DNA of 64,000 bases from an uncultured delta proteobacterium (GTDB lineage Bacteria > Myxococcota_A > Polyangia > Polyangiales > Polyangiaceae), in NCBI GenBank assembly GCA_963696385.1, contig CAVOKF010000007.1, positions 448,001-512,000 on the forward strand. The letters run 5' to 3'. Below, piece after piece: positions 24,518 to 33,251 of the stretch. Position 1 is the stretch's first letter; the number at the start of each line of letters is the position of its first letter. The notes beneath the pieces were generated by a model that saw only the letters and a program-made list of their open reading frames with translations, was not told the DNA's origin and did no database searches. The position numbers and the translations under genes are program-made.

Positions 24518-24629
24518 GGGCGCGATCCGTATCGCGTCATTTTTTAGAACGCAAGCTCTATTTTACACCCACGCCTCCGCGTCACGACCGCTCACCGCAG
24601 TGTTGCCGCAAGGTCACCTTACGTTGCAG

Positions 24630-25784
24630 CTACGGGACGGGCGCGATGCCCGTGCTGCGCCTCACGGTTGACGAAGCAAAAAAACCGCCGCACTCGTCCT
24701 TGAGGCGGCATGACGCGCACTCATCAAGGTAAAGGTTTTTCCAGTCCGAGATGCTCTTTCGTGCAAATCGGTGAAGGACCATGGGGAGCACGCAGAGCTG
24801 GTGGTTGTAAATGGAGACCTTGAATCCCGCCCGGTCCAGACTTCGGGTGGCATCGACAAGTTGGCGCTGGTACTCGACGGGATCGACCCACAACGCATCT
24901 GCATTCGTCTTGGCAAACCCGGTGAGTTCGAGGCCCATGAGGGCCACATGATCGGCGAACAGAAGATTCCGCGCCAGAAATTCAGCGAACGCAGGGAGGC
25001 GCGCATACGTGTCGCGGTGAATGACAAAGCGAATCTCAACGCGGACGCGGCGGCGTTTGAGATTCAGAATGCCGCGGACAGTTTCGTCAAACGCGCCCTT
25101 GGCTTGCACGACGTAGTCGTGCTCCTCGGGTAAGTCCGAGTACAGCGGAATCCCGATCATTAGGTCCGGGTGCCCCACGTCGGCCAAGGAGCGTGCGAAC
25201 CCAGCGTCCGAAAAGCGGCGGCCGTTGGAGAGGACGTGCACTGCCGTTCGAGGAAGCATGCGCTTCATCAGATCGAGAAGCTGCACGAGGTGGTCCCCCA
25301 GCAGGGCAGGCTCGCCGCCGCTGAATCCGATCTCCTTGGTGTCCGGCGAGACCAGCGGAATCACGCTTTTCAACTCATGGATGCGCCAGAGGTCATCTCC
25401 GGACCTCGGCGGCTGCGAGCACATCACACAATAATTGTCGCACCGCTCTGTCAGCAAAAAGGTATTGGAGTTCGAAGCAAGTCGATAGAGCGTCGTGAGG
25501 TTGCGGCGGGCCGGCTCGACTCGTACCACGTCACCGTGAGCCAAATACCGCAGTTCTGGCGCAAGAACGTAGCTGTCCCGGCGGTCCGCGCCCTGCATTT
25601 CATGGTGGAGCAGGTATCCACGAAAGCCCGTTGGCAAAACAGCGACTGGCTCCCTGACGAGCAGAATCTCGGTCTCTCGTTCGACACGTGAGGACTCGGG
25701 CTGATCGCAGATCCGACCGACGAAGGAGTAGGCCGACACGTCCGCAAGGGGACGCAAGCCGCGCACTGAAAGCTTCAAAAGCAT
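24630..25784 (-). CDS. hxsC: His-Xaa-Ser system radical SAM maturase HxsC
   Basis: TERCDNYCVMCSQPP, SGGEP, VALMGLE.TGFA, SISDWKN..C..C....CGGFF. Confidence 0.9.
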   Translation of the reverse strand: MLLKLSVRGLRPLADVSAYSFVGRICDQPESSRVERETEILLVREPVAVLPTGFRGYLLHHEMQGADRRDSYVLAPELRYLAHGDVVRVEPARRNLTTLYRLASNSNTFLLTERCDNYCVMCSQPPRSGDDLWRIHELKSVIPLVSPDTKEIGFSGGEPALLGDHLVQLLDLMKRMLPRTAVHVLSNGRRFSDAGFARSLADVGHPDLMIGIPLYSDLPEEHDYVVQAKGAFDETVRGILNLKRRRVRVEIRFVIHRDTYARLPAFAEFLARNLLFADHVALMGLELTGFAKTNADALWVDPVEYQRQLVDATRSLDRAGFKVSIYNHQLCVLPMVLHRFARKSISDWKNLYLDECASCRLKDECGGFFASSTVRRSTGIAPVP

Positions 25785-25789
25785 CGCAT

Positions 25790-27247
25790 TCAGATCCATC
25801 CGAGAAGGGTCTGTCGCACCGCGGAGTCGCCCTCAAGAAGCCCAATCACATGGCGTAGCGCCGCCATCTGTTTGGTGCAGAAATCGCTGAACGCTTTGTG
25901 CCCGACTGGGTCACCTTGTGTGACCATGTGAAACACGGGGTCGGCGCCGCAGTACGGCAAAAACGGGCAGTCATTGCACATAGGCGCTCCCTCCGGCATC
26001 GATTCGTCCAAGACAGAGAGGAGGCTATCGGACGTCAACATCGTCTCGTAGCTGTCCGTATCGAGATGGCCGAGCCGGAACGACCGGTCCCCCATCTCAG
26101 CGAGCATGCGACCCTCATCCGAGGCATACACCGAGCCATCGTAGTTGTAGACTATCGCGCCGATCGCAATTCCAGCGGGGGACTGAAGATCGACGTACCG
26201 CGATCCCGTTGGCGAGAGAAGTTTTTGCAGAAGGATCGATGTAAACTCCTCTCGGAGTTGATAGCCGGCCGCGTTGATCCTGAGGATGTGGTCAAGGCCG
26301 CGCTTGAAAAAAGCGATCCAGTCCTCAATGGTACAGCGCCGGAGGAGCCTCGTGCGCGCCGCAAACCCGTAGGGACTCAGGTTCCGCAAGAAAATGCTGT
26401 GGAAGCCTTGTCGAACGTATTCATCGATAATCTCTTCTGGTCGCATGAGGCTCGCAGGCGTTGTCGTCATGAGTGCGGAGACGCACTCGGCACCGAGCGA
26501 TTCTCGTGCGCGACGGATGCTCTCGATCGTCGTCTGATGGCTGTGACCTCCCCGCTTCGGTCGCTGTGCATCGTGGATCTCCTCGGGACCGTCGAGAGAA
26601 GTCGATAGGTGGACTTCATTCAGCTTGCAGAAGGCAAGTACATCGTCGGAGAGCCTCGAGAGGTTGGAGGCGATGACAAATCGGAGGTCCCTGCCATGCG
26701 CCCCGTTTAGCAGTCTGGCGCGCTCGACGATGTGTCGGATCAGATCGAAGTTCAAGAGTGGCTCACCCCCCTGAAACTCGATCTTGAGGTGTTTGGATGG
26801 GCTTCGAAATGTGAGTTCGAGCGCCGCATCGGCGTGCGCCTGGGTCATGTCAAACTGGAGCCGATCCTCGGTTTGGCGAGAAACCTGGCAGTAGTGACAG
26901 GAGTGGTCGCAACGCAGGGTTACGACAAAGATATGCAAGCCCGTAAACGACGCGACGTCCTCCGCGCGCGTGCGGTACTTTAGCGCCAGAAGGTCAAGGG
27001 CGACTCGAGACCCATCGTCGAACAGAAAATGGCGTGCCTTGAGCGCCTTGTAGACATCGTGCCCCGGATCGAGCCGATGCTCGATGAAGGCGACGAGGTC
27101 GTCGCGGCTGAGTAGCACGTACTCGCCGACATCGTTCGTGACGATGTATCGCTGGTCATCGATAGGCCCAAATCGGAACGGAAGCAGTCGATACCCAGCG
27201 GCCGGCCGATACGCTGCACGGTCACGAAAGGCAGGGCCGAGAGTCAT
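25790..27247 (-). CDS. hxsB: His-Xaa-Ser system radical SAM/SPASM maturase HxsB
   Basis: LLPFRF, LHIFVVTLRCDHSCHYCQVS, EFQGGEP, DLQSPAG, ASDEGRML, CNDCPFLPYCGADP. Confidence 0.92.
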   Translation of the reverse strand: MTLGPAFRDRAAYRPAAGYRLLPFRFGPIDDQRYIVTNDVGEYVLLSRDDLVAFIEHRLDPGHDVYKALKARHFLFDDGSRVALDLLALKYRTRAEDVASFTGLHIFVVTLRCDHSCHYCQVSRQTEDRLQFDMTQAHADAALELTFRSPSKHLKIEFQGGEPLLNFDLIRHIVERARLLNGAHGRDLRFVIASNLSRLSDDVLAFCKLNEVHLSTSLDGPEEIHDAQRPKRGGHSHQTTIESIRRARESLGAECVSALMTTTPASLMRPEEIIDEYVRQGFHSIFLRNLSPYGFAARTRLLRRCTIEDWIAFFKRGLDHILRINAAGYQLREEFTSILLQKLLSPTGSRYVDLQSPAGIAIGAIVYNYDGSVYASDEGRMLAEMGDRSFRLGHLDTDSYETMLTSDSLLSVLDESMPEGAPMCNDCPFLPYCGADPVFHMVTQGDPVGHKAFSDFCTKQMAALRHVIGLLEGDSAVRQTLLGWI

Positions 27248-27609
27248 TGGCGCCGAATGAGGTCGGTTTTTGAGAAAGCATGAGCCAGAAGGAGCGCACG
27301 CAGCGCCCTCGTCTCTTCAGCGATCTGCTCTCGCAACTCCTGGTCGAGCAGATCCTGGAAGAACAGGCGGACGACGTCGAGCGCCTCGTTATTGTTGGTT
27401 GCGCGTGGGAAGAGAAACGTGATCGGCAGCGAGGCGATGTCTACGCTGCCTAGGACGACCGTGCACTTCCCGGCGAGCTTGTATGCCGCCTTCTGCACCG
27501 CGGACAATCGATAGCAGCGCAAGTCGACCTCGGCCCGTACGAATCCGTCTTGAAACTGGAGAGGTTCGCTGCTGCCACTCCGTGTTTTCGCATCCGCGTC
27601 GGTCGGCAT
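27244..27609 (-). CDS. hxsD: His-Xaa-Ser system protein HxsD
   Basis: Y..SAVQKAAY, FQDLLDQELREQIAEET..LRALLLAHAFS; ATGA-coupled to hxsB. Confidence 0.85.
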   Translation of the reverse strand: MPTDADAKTRSGSSEPLQFQDGFVRAEVDLRCYRLSAVQKAAYKLAGKCTVVLGSVDIASLPITFLFPRATNNNEALDVVRLFFQDLLDQELREQIAEETRALRALLLAHAFSKTDLIRRQ

Positions 27610-27626
27610 GGGGCGATTCCGATCTA

Positions 27627-28163
27627 CTACCAGTCGATCTCGACGACGCCAGTTTGCCCCTCGCTGAGGTCGACGGTCCTGGCCTCGACGCCCACGAACC
27701 GGTTCTCCACGCGGATGACATGCGAGCCAGACTTGAGCGTGAGCGTACCACTGGCGTCCTGACCAACGAATTGACCGTCGACGAATATGCGACCGCCCGG
27801 GTACGCGACGAACGACACCGTCGCGGGCTTCGCGGGTGGCGGTGGCGGGGGAGGCGGGACCGGGGGTGGCGGGGCCGGCGCGGGACTCGGTTCGTATCCA
27901 CCTCCGCCACCTCCGCCACCTCCTCCGGACGAATGGCTGCGATGCGACGAATGCGAGCTGTGGGAGCTGTGGGCCAGGTAGCCGGCTGCCTGGTCGGACG
28001 GCACGAGCAACAGCGGTGGGTCCGTCTCGCCGTCCTCGTTCCGGCGCCGGGCGACCTGAGCCGCTGCTTCGGGGATCAAGAGATCGGACGAGGCGGCAGC
28101 CCCGAGCAGCGCGAGTACCGCCGCGCCGAGCGAGGTAAGCTGAGTCGCCCCCGGCTTGCGCAC
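27627..28163 (-). CDS. hxsA: His-Xaa-Ser repeat precursor HxsA with Gly/Pro linker and PEGA-like domain
   Basis: Hydrophobic N-terminus, AHSSHSSHSSHRSHSS, G10, poly-Pro, PGGRIFVDGQFVG..LKSGSHVIRVE. Confidence 0.88.
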   Translation of the reverse strand: MRKPGATQLTSLGAAVLALLGAAASSDLLIPEAAAQVARRRNEDGETDPPLLLVPSDQAAGYLAHSSHSSHSSHRSHSSGGGGGGGGGGYEPSPAPAPPPPVPPPPPPPPAKPATVSFVAYPGGRIFVDGQFVGQDASGTLTLKSGSHVIRVENRFVGVEARTVDLSEGQTGVVEIDW

Positions 28164-28369
28164 AGCTTACGATCGACGGCTCGGAGGGCGACGTCAAGAG
28201 TGGTCCGGTGGACCGTTGATCATTCAGTTCGAGCGCTGCCGGCACGGCGCCCCGAAACAACGCCCCAATGGCGACAGTCCTTTCGGTGCGGTGTGCTTGC
28301 TCCTTGCGGACCGACCTTCCGCTACGCGATGATGATTGTTGCGTTTAATCCTCTCGCGGAGGGAGCCTC

Positions 28370-30676
28370 GTGACCGATTCGAGTCCGTCTGCAGCGACTT
28401 GCCCGTCGTGCGGAGATCCCGCGTCTGTCGAGGCGGCAACTTGCCCATACTGCCACGCTCCGCTTGTGTGGGGTGACTCGGCACCGAAGATCCCGAACCG
28501 AAGCGTAAGAGAGGCTGCAGCGTCCTGGGCCAAGTCTGTCTTCGGGGCGCCCTGGGACTTCGCCAACTTGATTCGCAGCGTGCAAGTGCGGGACGAAGTC
28601 CTGGAGCGGCTCCTCACCGTCATCGTTCGCCGAGAACTGCGGGAGCAGCGGATTCCCACGAATCAGCGAAGAAGCTCGGCGGTTCGTCTCGACCGTAGCA
28701 CGGTGGATCCGTTCGCCATTGCCGCGGACGCGCTGCGCGCCAGCAGCGAGTACGTGACAGCCTGCGCGGGCTGCGGCGGAGCGGGCTCAGCGTCGTGTGA
28801 ACAGTGTCGAGGTGGCGGTCGCGCCGCCTGCCGTAACTGCAATGGGAGTGGCCGGGAGCGCAAGTACTACAAGAAGAGCAGTCGCTTGGTGAAGTGCGGT
28901 GTTTGTCGTGGTGGCGGCACCGTTGCTTGCGGGACGTGCGAAGGTCGTGGCGCCGTGACTTGCCAGGGTTGCACGGGGAGTGGTCACCAGCTCGCGTGGC
29001 TCGCTTATGACGAAACTTCTCGCTGCGACGTCACGGTCGTGCCCAATAGCCCGATTGTCGCCGCACACCCACAGCTCAGGAAGCCTCGGGCTCTCGCGGC
29101 GAGCGAGCTTTCGGGGTTCGGGATACTCGCTTCGATCGATGCGCGAGGGCCGGTGCGGGTCGACGGGAGGGATGGCGTCCACTCGCCGCTCCTGCGAGAG
29201 CAGGCGTCCTCGCTCGATCGGCGGTTGGAGCGAATCAACTTCCAACAATACCTGAGACTTGCGGTCATCCGACGCGACGCGATGTACGAAATGTGCGGGA
29301 CTTTGGGCGTCCTTGTTCTTTCGGGTGGCGATCTCCTCGGAGCACGAACGCCCGCGGCACTGCGACCGATTCAACGGCGGCTCTATCTCTGGCTGGCCTC
29401 GGCTATTGGCGCGGCCGTGGCTGCCCGCGCTCTTACGGCTGCTCTACTCGGACCCACCGCGTATTTCGCACGGACTAATGGCGTGGTGGTCGTCGCGTCC
29501 TGGACGGGAGCGGCACTGGCTCTCGTGTTCCTAGGCGCCGCTCTTCGTGCGCTTCGGCCCGGCTTCAAGGTGGGAAGGCTGTCGGTCTTCGAGAGGATTT
29601 CGGGACTGGGTGCGGTAAGCGCTGTATGCATCGCTGCCGTTGCCGCCCTCGCCGGGCGACCGCGGGTTGGCGAAGTTCAGCAGGTGCTGTCTGCCGGAAA
29701 TATCCGACAGGCCAAGATGATCGTCGAGGCTCTCGTGGCCACGAAGGGGGAAACCACGGAGGTTCGTGAAGCAGAAGACGCCGTCACGCTCGCCGATGCA
29801 GAGAATCTGTCCGGCGAGCAGAAGCTCAAGGCGTTCGCGCAAGTAGCGTCAAGGGGGGGAAGCCGGGCGGGACAGGCGGCGCAGGCGGCGCGCACGGCGC
29901 AGCTGCGGGAGATTCAGCAGGCTATCGACGGACGGAACCCCGTCGACGCTGTCGCGAACATCGATCGCTGGTTTCCAAACTGGAAGTCCGATCCGCAGGT
30001 GTCGGCCAAACGCGCTTTGGCCGATGACGTGGCGTACTCGTTATGCGCAGACGCGCCGTGCCGGTTCGTCAGTGCCACTGGGGCGGACAGCGCGTGGAGT
30101 ACCCCCGAGCGGGCGGCACGAGCCAAAGCTTCACGGGAAGAAATCATGTCGAGCCTGTCATTCTCCGAGGTTCCGGGCGAATCACAGCTGGGTCGCCTTC
30201 AGCGGCTGCGCTCGTTCATCACGGTCGCGACCCAGCCTGCGATTCTGGCAAGTGGCGATGCCGAGATCGCCGTAAAAGCCAAGGCCGCAAGCGAATGGGC
30301 AAGCAGCGAGCGTGCGAGGGTGGCGCTCCTGAACGCCGATGAGCCCGTCGCATCTGAGCTACTGCAAGCGTCGTTCACTGAACGGGAAGCCAAGATCGCG
30401 ACGGCTACGGTCGACGGAATAGCCGTCTCCTTGTCGCTCGATATTCAGAAGAAGTGTCGCGGGATCTACATGGTCGGCGCAACGCCAGGAGCGCGTCAGC
30501 TCGATGCAAACGCTGAGGCCACCCACTTGCTGTCCCAGGCCGTTGGGCACCCGGCAGTCGTAAAGCCCGTCAGTAACGGTGTGACGTCGCGCTGGTCGGA
30601 GGGTGCGATCCCCGTGCTTGCGCGTTGGAAAGACGGAAGTCTCGTGGAGCTGAGGGTCGGGGACGCGACGCCCTAG
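28370..30676 (+). CDS. Membrane protein with N-terminal zinc ribbon and six CxxCxGxG repeats
   Basis: CPSCG..CPYC, six DnaJ-type repeats, about three hydrophobic helices, long helical C-terminus; 768 aa. Confidence 0.8.
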   Translation: MTDSSPSAATCPSCGDPASVEAATCPYCHAPLVWGDSAPKIPNRSVREAAASWAKSVFGAPWDFANLIRSVQVRDEVLERLLTVIVRRELREQRIPTNQRRSSAVRLDRSTVDPFAIAADALRASSEYVTACAGCGGAGSASCEQCRGGGRAACRNCNGSGRERKYYKKSSRLVKCGVCRGGGTVACGTCEGRGAVTCQGCTGSGHQLAWLAYDETSRCDVTVVPNSPIVAAHPQLRKPRALAASELSGFGILASIDARGPVRVDGRDGVHSPLLREQASSLDRRLERINFQQYLRLAVIRRDAMYEMCGTLGVLVLSGGDLLGARTPAALRPIQRRLYLWLASAIGAAVAARALTAALLGPTAYFARTNGVVVVASWTGAALALVFLGAALRALRPGFKVGRLSVFERISGLGAVSAVCIAAVAALAGRPRVGEVQQVLSAGNIRQAKMIVEALVATKGETTEVREAEDAVTLADAENLSGEQKLKAFAQVASRGGSRAGQAAQAARTAQLREIQQAIDGRNPVDAVANIDRWFPNWKSDPQVSAKRALADDVAYSLCADAPCRFVSATGADSAWSTPERAARAKASREEIMSSLSFSEVPGESQLGRLQRLRSFITVATQPAILASGDAEIAVKAKAASEWASSERARVALLNADEPVASELLQASFTEREAKIATATVDGIAVSLSLDIQKKCRGIYMVGATPGARQLDANAEATHLLSQAVGHPAVVKPVSNGVTSRWSEGAIPVLARWKDGSLVELRVGDATP

Positions 30677-31025
30677 CCCCTGAGCCTGTAGGGTGTAATC
30701 ACTGACGTAGTGGTTTCGTCGGTGCGGATAGATGCCATGTTGCTGGCGTCGGTGACGGTCGTAGCGATACCGCGCCGGGGGAGGCCAGGAAGAAGGGAGC
30801 GAAGGGGCGGCGCGGTGGCTCGTCGTCGGCACGCTGCGAGGAAAGGCCAAAACGCCGGGGCGGTGGCGACCTGCCGCGATGCCGCCGACGAGCACGAGGC
30901 AGAGCGTCTCCTCGCGTGGAGCCGGCACAAGGCTGCGTCATGATGAGCAGCAAAGGGCCTCGGGGGTGTTCCTCGGGCCAACGACCGGTCGAGCCGGCGA
31001 GCGTGCTCGACTCCACGGAGGAGAC

Positions 31026-31965
31026 ATGAAGTATCTTGGATTGGATGTGCACGGGAAAGCAACCGTGTTTTGTCTGCTCAACGCGGAGGGCGAAGTCGTC
31101 GAGAGGGGCAGCCTGCCGACGACGGCGCCCGATTTGACGAAGCTGATCCAGAGGCTCTCGTCGATCGACACGCTGCTCTGCGGTCAGGAGGTGGGGACGA
31201 TGACCCACTTTGTCCATGACGTCGTGACGAGCGCGGGAGCGAAGATCCTGTCGTTCAACGCGCAGCATCTTCGGATGATCGCGGCGTCGCGCAAGAAGAC
31301 CGACAGGCGCGACGCGTACTGGATCGCCAAGAGCCTTCAGACCGGACTGATGCCTCACGCCGTCCATATCCCGACGACCGAAGTACGACGCCTACGCAGC
31401 TTGCTGGCACAGCGCCGAGCCCTTGCGGCGGAGCGCAAGCGATGGCTGCTGCGTGCCCGGTCCCACTTGCGCGAGATCGGGACCCCCATCGCCAAGGGTG
31501 CGGGCAAGATCACCCGAAAGCTCGAACAACTGCTCGCGTGCCCCGATGGGCTGGACGCGGACCGAGCCGACGCTCTCGAGCTCTGCGCCCGTCAAGAACA
31601 GCAGCTGCGCGCGGAGCTACGCAAGCTCGAGAAGACTCTCTACGGCGAGGCTGGTGCCGTCCGTCCATCAGAGTGGCGAATCGACCCGTTTGGGACCCAT
31701 TACCAAAGAAGGCTCCAGCGCACTTCGGAGCGTGCTGGTCCAGGCGGGACACGTCTTGCTGTTCCGCTGCGGTTCCGACGACGCCCGCCCGCTCCGCGAG
31801 CTGCCAAAAAGGGTCCAGACCGCCCGCGTGCGTCGCAAGATTGCAGTCGTGGCCGAGGCCCAGTTCATCGTGCGCACGGCCTTCTACATCTTACGAGACG
31901 GCACGACGTACGACCCGCAGCGGCGCCGTACCTATGTGCAGGAGGAGAAAGCAAAAGTCGCATAG
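31026..31965 (+). pseudogene. IS110 transposase with internal deletion/frameshift near 31650
   Basis: GLDVH, E, KKTDRRDA (DEDD) in one frame; LVPSVHQSGE..GPITKEGS..LR in another; IPGxG segment missing. Confidence 0.88.
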
Positions 31966-32320
31966 CTTACCGAACAGCTTAACCGGATCGGAGACCGAAG
32001 CCGGGGAAGTCGATGGGAGGCCAGGCCGCAGTCGGGCATGGCTCGCGATGCGCACGCCTCGCGAAGTCTTCGAGTAGATTGGCCGGCCTCACTTTTTCCC
32101 GTACGGCAACATGTGCCGACCGCCGTTGGGCCGAGCACGCATGGAAGGATGGCGACTCCCGAGCGGAGGTCCCGAATCGGTGCCGCGATGAACACGAATC
32201 CGTCCAGTCACATGGCTGGCCGAAGGAGACGTCTGTCTTGAAGCCCAACTGCACGTTGAGTCTCGTCCCCTCGCGCGAGGGCGTTCTCGCTCGCTGCTCG
32301 GAAAAAAACGCCTCGCCGCA
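31966..32320 (+). ncRNA. Candidate bridge/seek RNA region of the IS110 element
   Basis: Long non-coding 3' region containing cgagtag and catggaag, identical to junction sequences; boundaries approximate. Confidence 0.5.
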
Positions 32321-32588
32321 CTTGACGGTCAACATGGAAGCCCGTTCAAAGCCTGCGGGTCGGCGTGCCTCTTGCAGTGCCCTTGCTCCCGCCTTGGCCG
32401 GTCGGCCCTTCCCCACTCGGACGACTACGTGAGGTTCTCCATGGACTTCCTCGTCACCCAGGCTTCGCCTGGCGCACCTGGAAGCGCCGTCCCAATTGAA
32501 CGTTTTGGATACAGGTCGTGAGTCGTGCCGGTCGAGCGAAGTCCGCTGCTGGGCTGTGGCCGCTCTCTCGGCTAAGCTCGGAAGCGCC

Positions 32589-33251
32589 ATGGAGATCGCG
32601 CGCCGAGCGATCGCTCTCTGCGCCGTCGCGCTCGGGCGCTTTGCGATTTCCTGCTCGACGGGCGACGCAGGTTCCGGCGGCCATGAAGGCGGCGTTGACT
32701 CCCGTGCCGGAGAGCCGATCGACTCCACCGCACAAGAGCTCTCCGACGACCACGCATCCGCATCGACCGACGTCGGCACGGTCGGACCTTTCGATGCCCC
32801 TTCGGTCGATTCGTCGCAGTGCACGGCCCAACTCGAAGAAGCCGGCGTGTGCAACGACCTGACGCTCTCAAGTTCGGCGGTCACCCCGACGTGCGTGGCC
32901 GGCGAGGCGCCGACGGCCCAAGGCGGCAGCATTTCCGACGGCACCTATGTGCTGCAATCCGTCGTGCTGTACGGCGGATGCCCGGCCGAAGGAACTTTTA
33001 TCACCACGTGGAGCATTTGCGGCAGCGCGTGGCAGGTTGCCGAAACCGCCAGTTCGGAAGCCGGCAGCTCCACGTTGCGCGTCGACTTCACGGCGGACGT
33101 GGGCGCCACGTCGGTCACGCTGACGCCGACGTGCCTCGCCGACGTGAACGAGCCTACGAGCGTGCGCGGTTACACGGTGTTCGGCGAGCAGCTTTTGTCT
33201 CTGCAGACCATCGAGGGCGCCACGTCCGTGGGCATCTACCAGAGGCAATAG
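32589..33251 (+). CDS. Putative Cys-containing lipoprotein
   Basis: Signal peptide ending AISC, acidic linker, PTAQGGSISDGTYVL motif. Confidence 0.7.
   Translation: MEIARRAIALCAVALGRFAISCSTGDAGSGGHEGGVDSRAGEPIDSTAQELSDDHASASTDVGTVGPFDAPSVDSSQCTAQLEEAGVCNDLTLSSSAVTPTCVAGEAPTAQGGSISDGTYVLQSVVLYGGCPAEGTFITTWSICGSAWQVAETASSEAGSSTLRVDFTADVGATSVTLTPTCLADVNEPTSVRGYTVFGEQLLSLQTIEGATSVGIYQRQ

Larger units (their letters stand above)
20943..24622. mobile_element. IS66-family element, convergent tnpA-tnpB / tnpC-DUF4338 layout
   Basis: IR gtgtccttgcggca (20946-20959) vs tgccgcaaggtcaccttac (24604-24622); followed by gttgcagc, also found at 20213-20220. Confidence 0.8.
30730..32340 (+). mobile_element. 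IS110 family (IS1111-like) element with long 5' and 3' non-coding regions
   Basis: Subterminal IR ccatgttg (30735-30742)/caacatgg (32330-32337); AG at both junctions; TTGACG at 32322. Confidence 0.75.

Noticed and set aside
27830..27975. Low-complexity tandem repeats
   Set aside because: Explained by Gly, Pro and HxS codons of hxsA
30710..30943. Small ORF in the IS110 5' region
   Set aside because: Arg-rich, no RBS or motif, and its frame differs between the two copies
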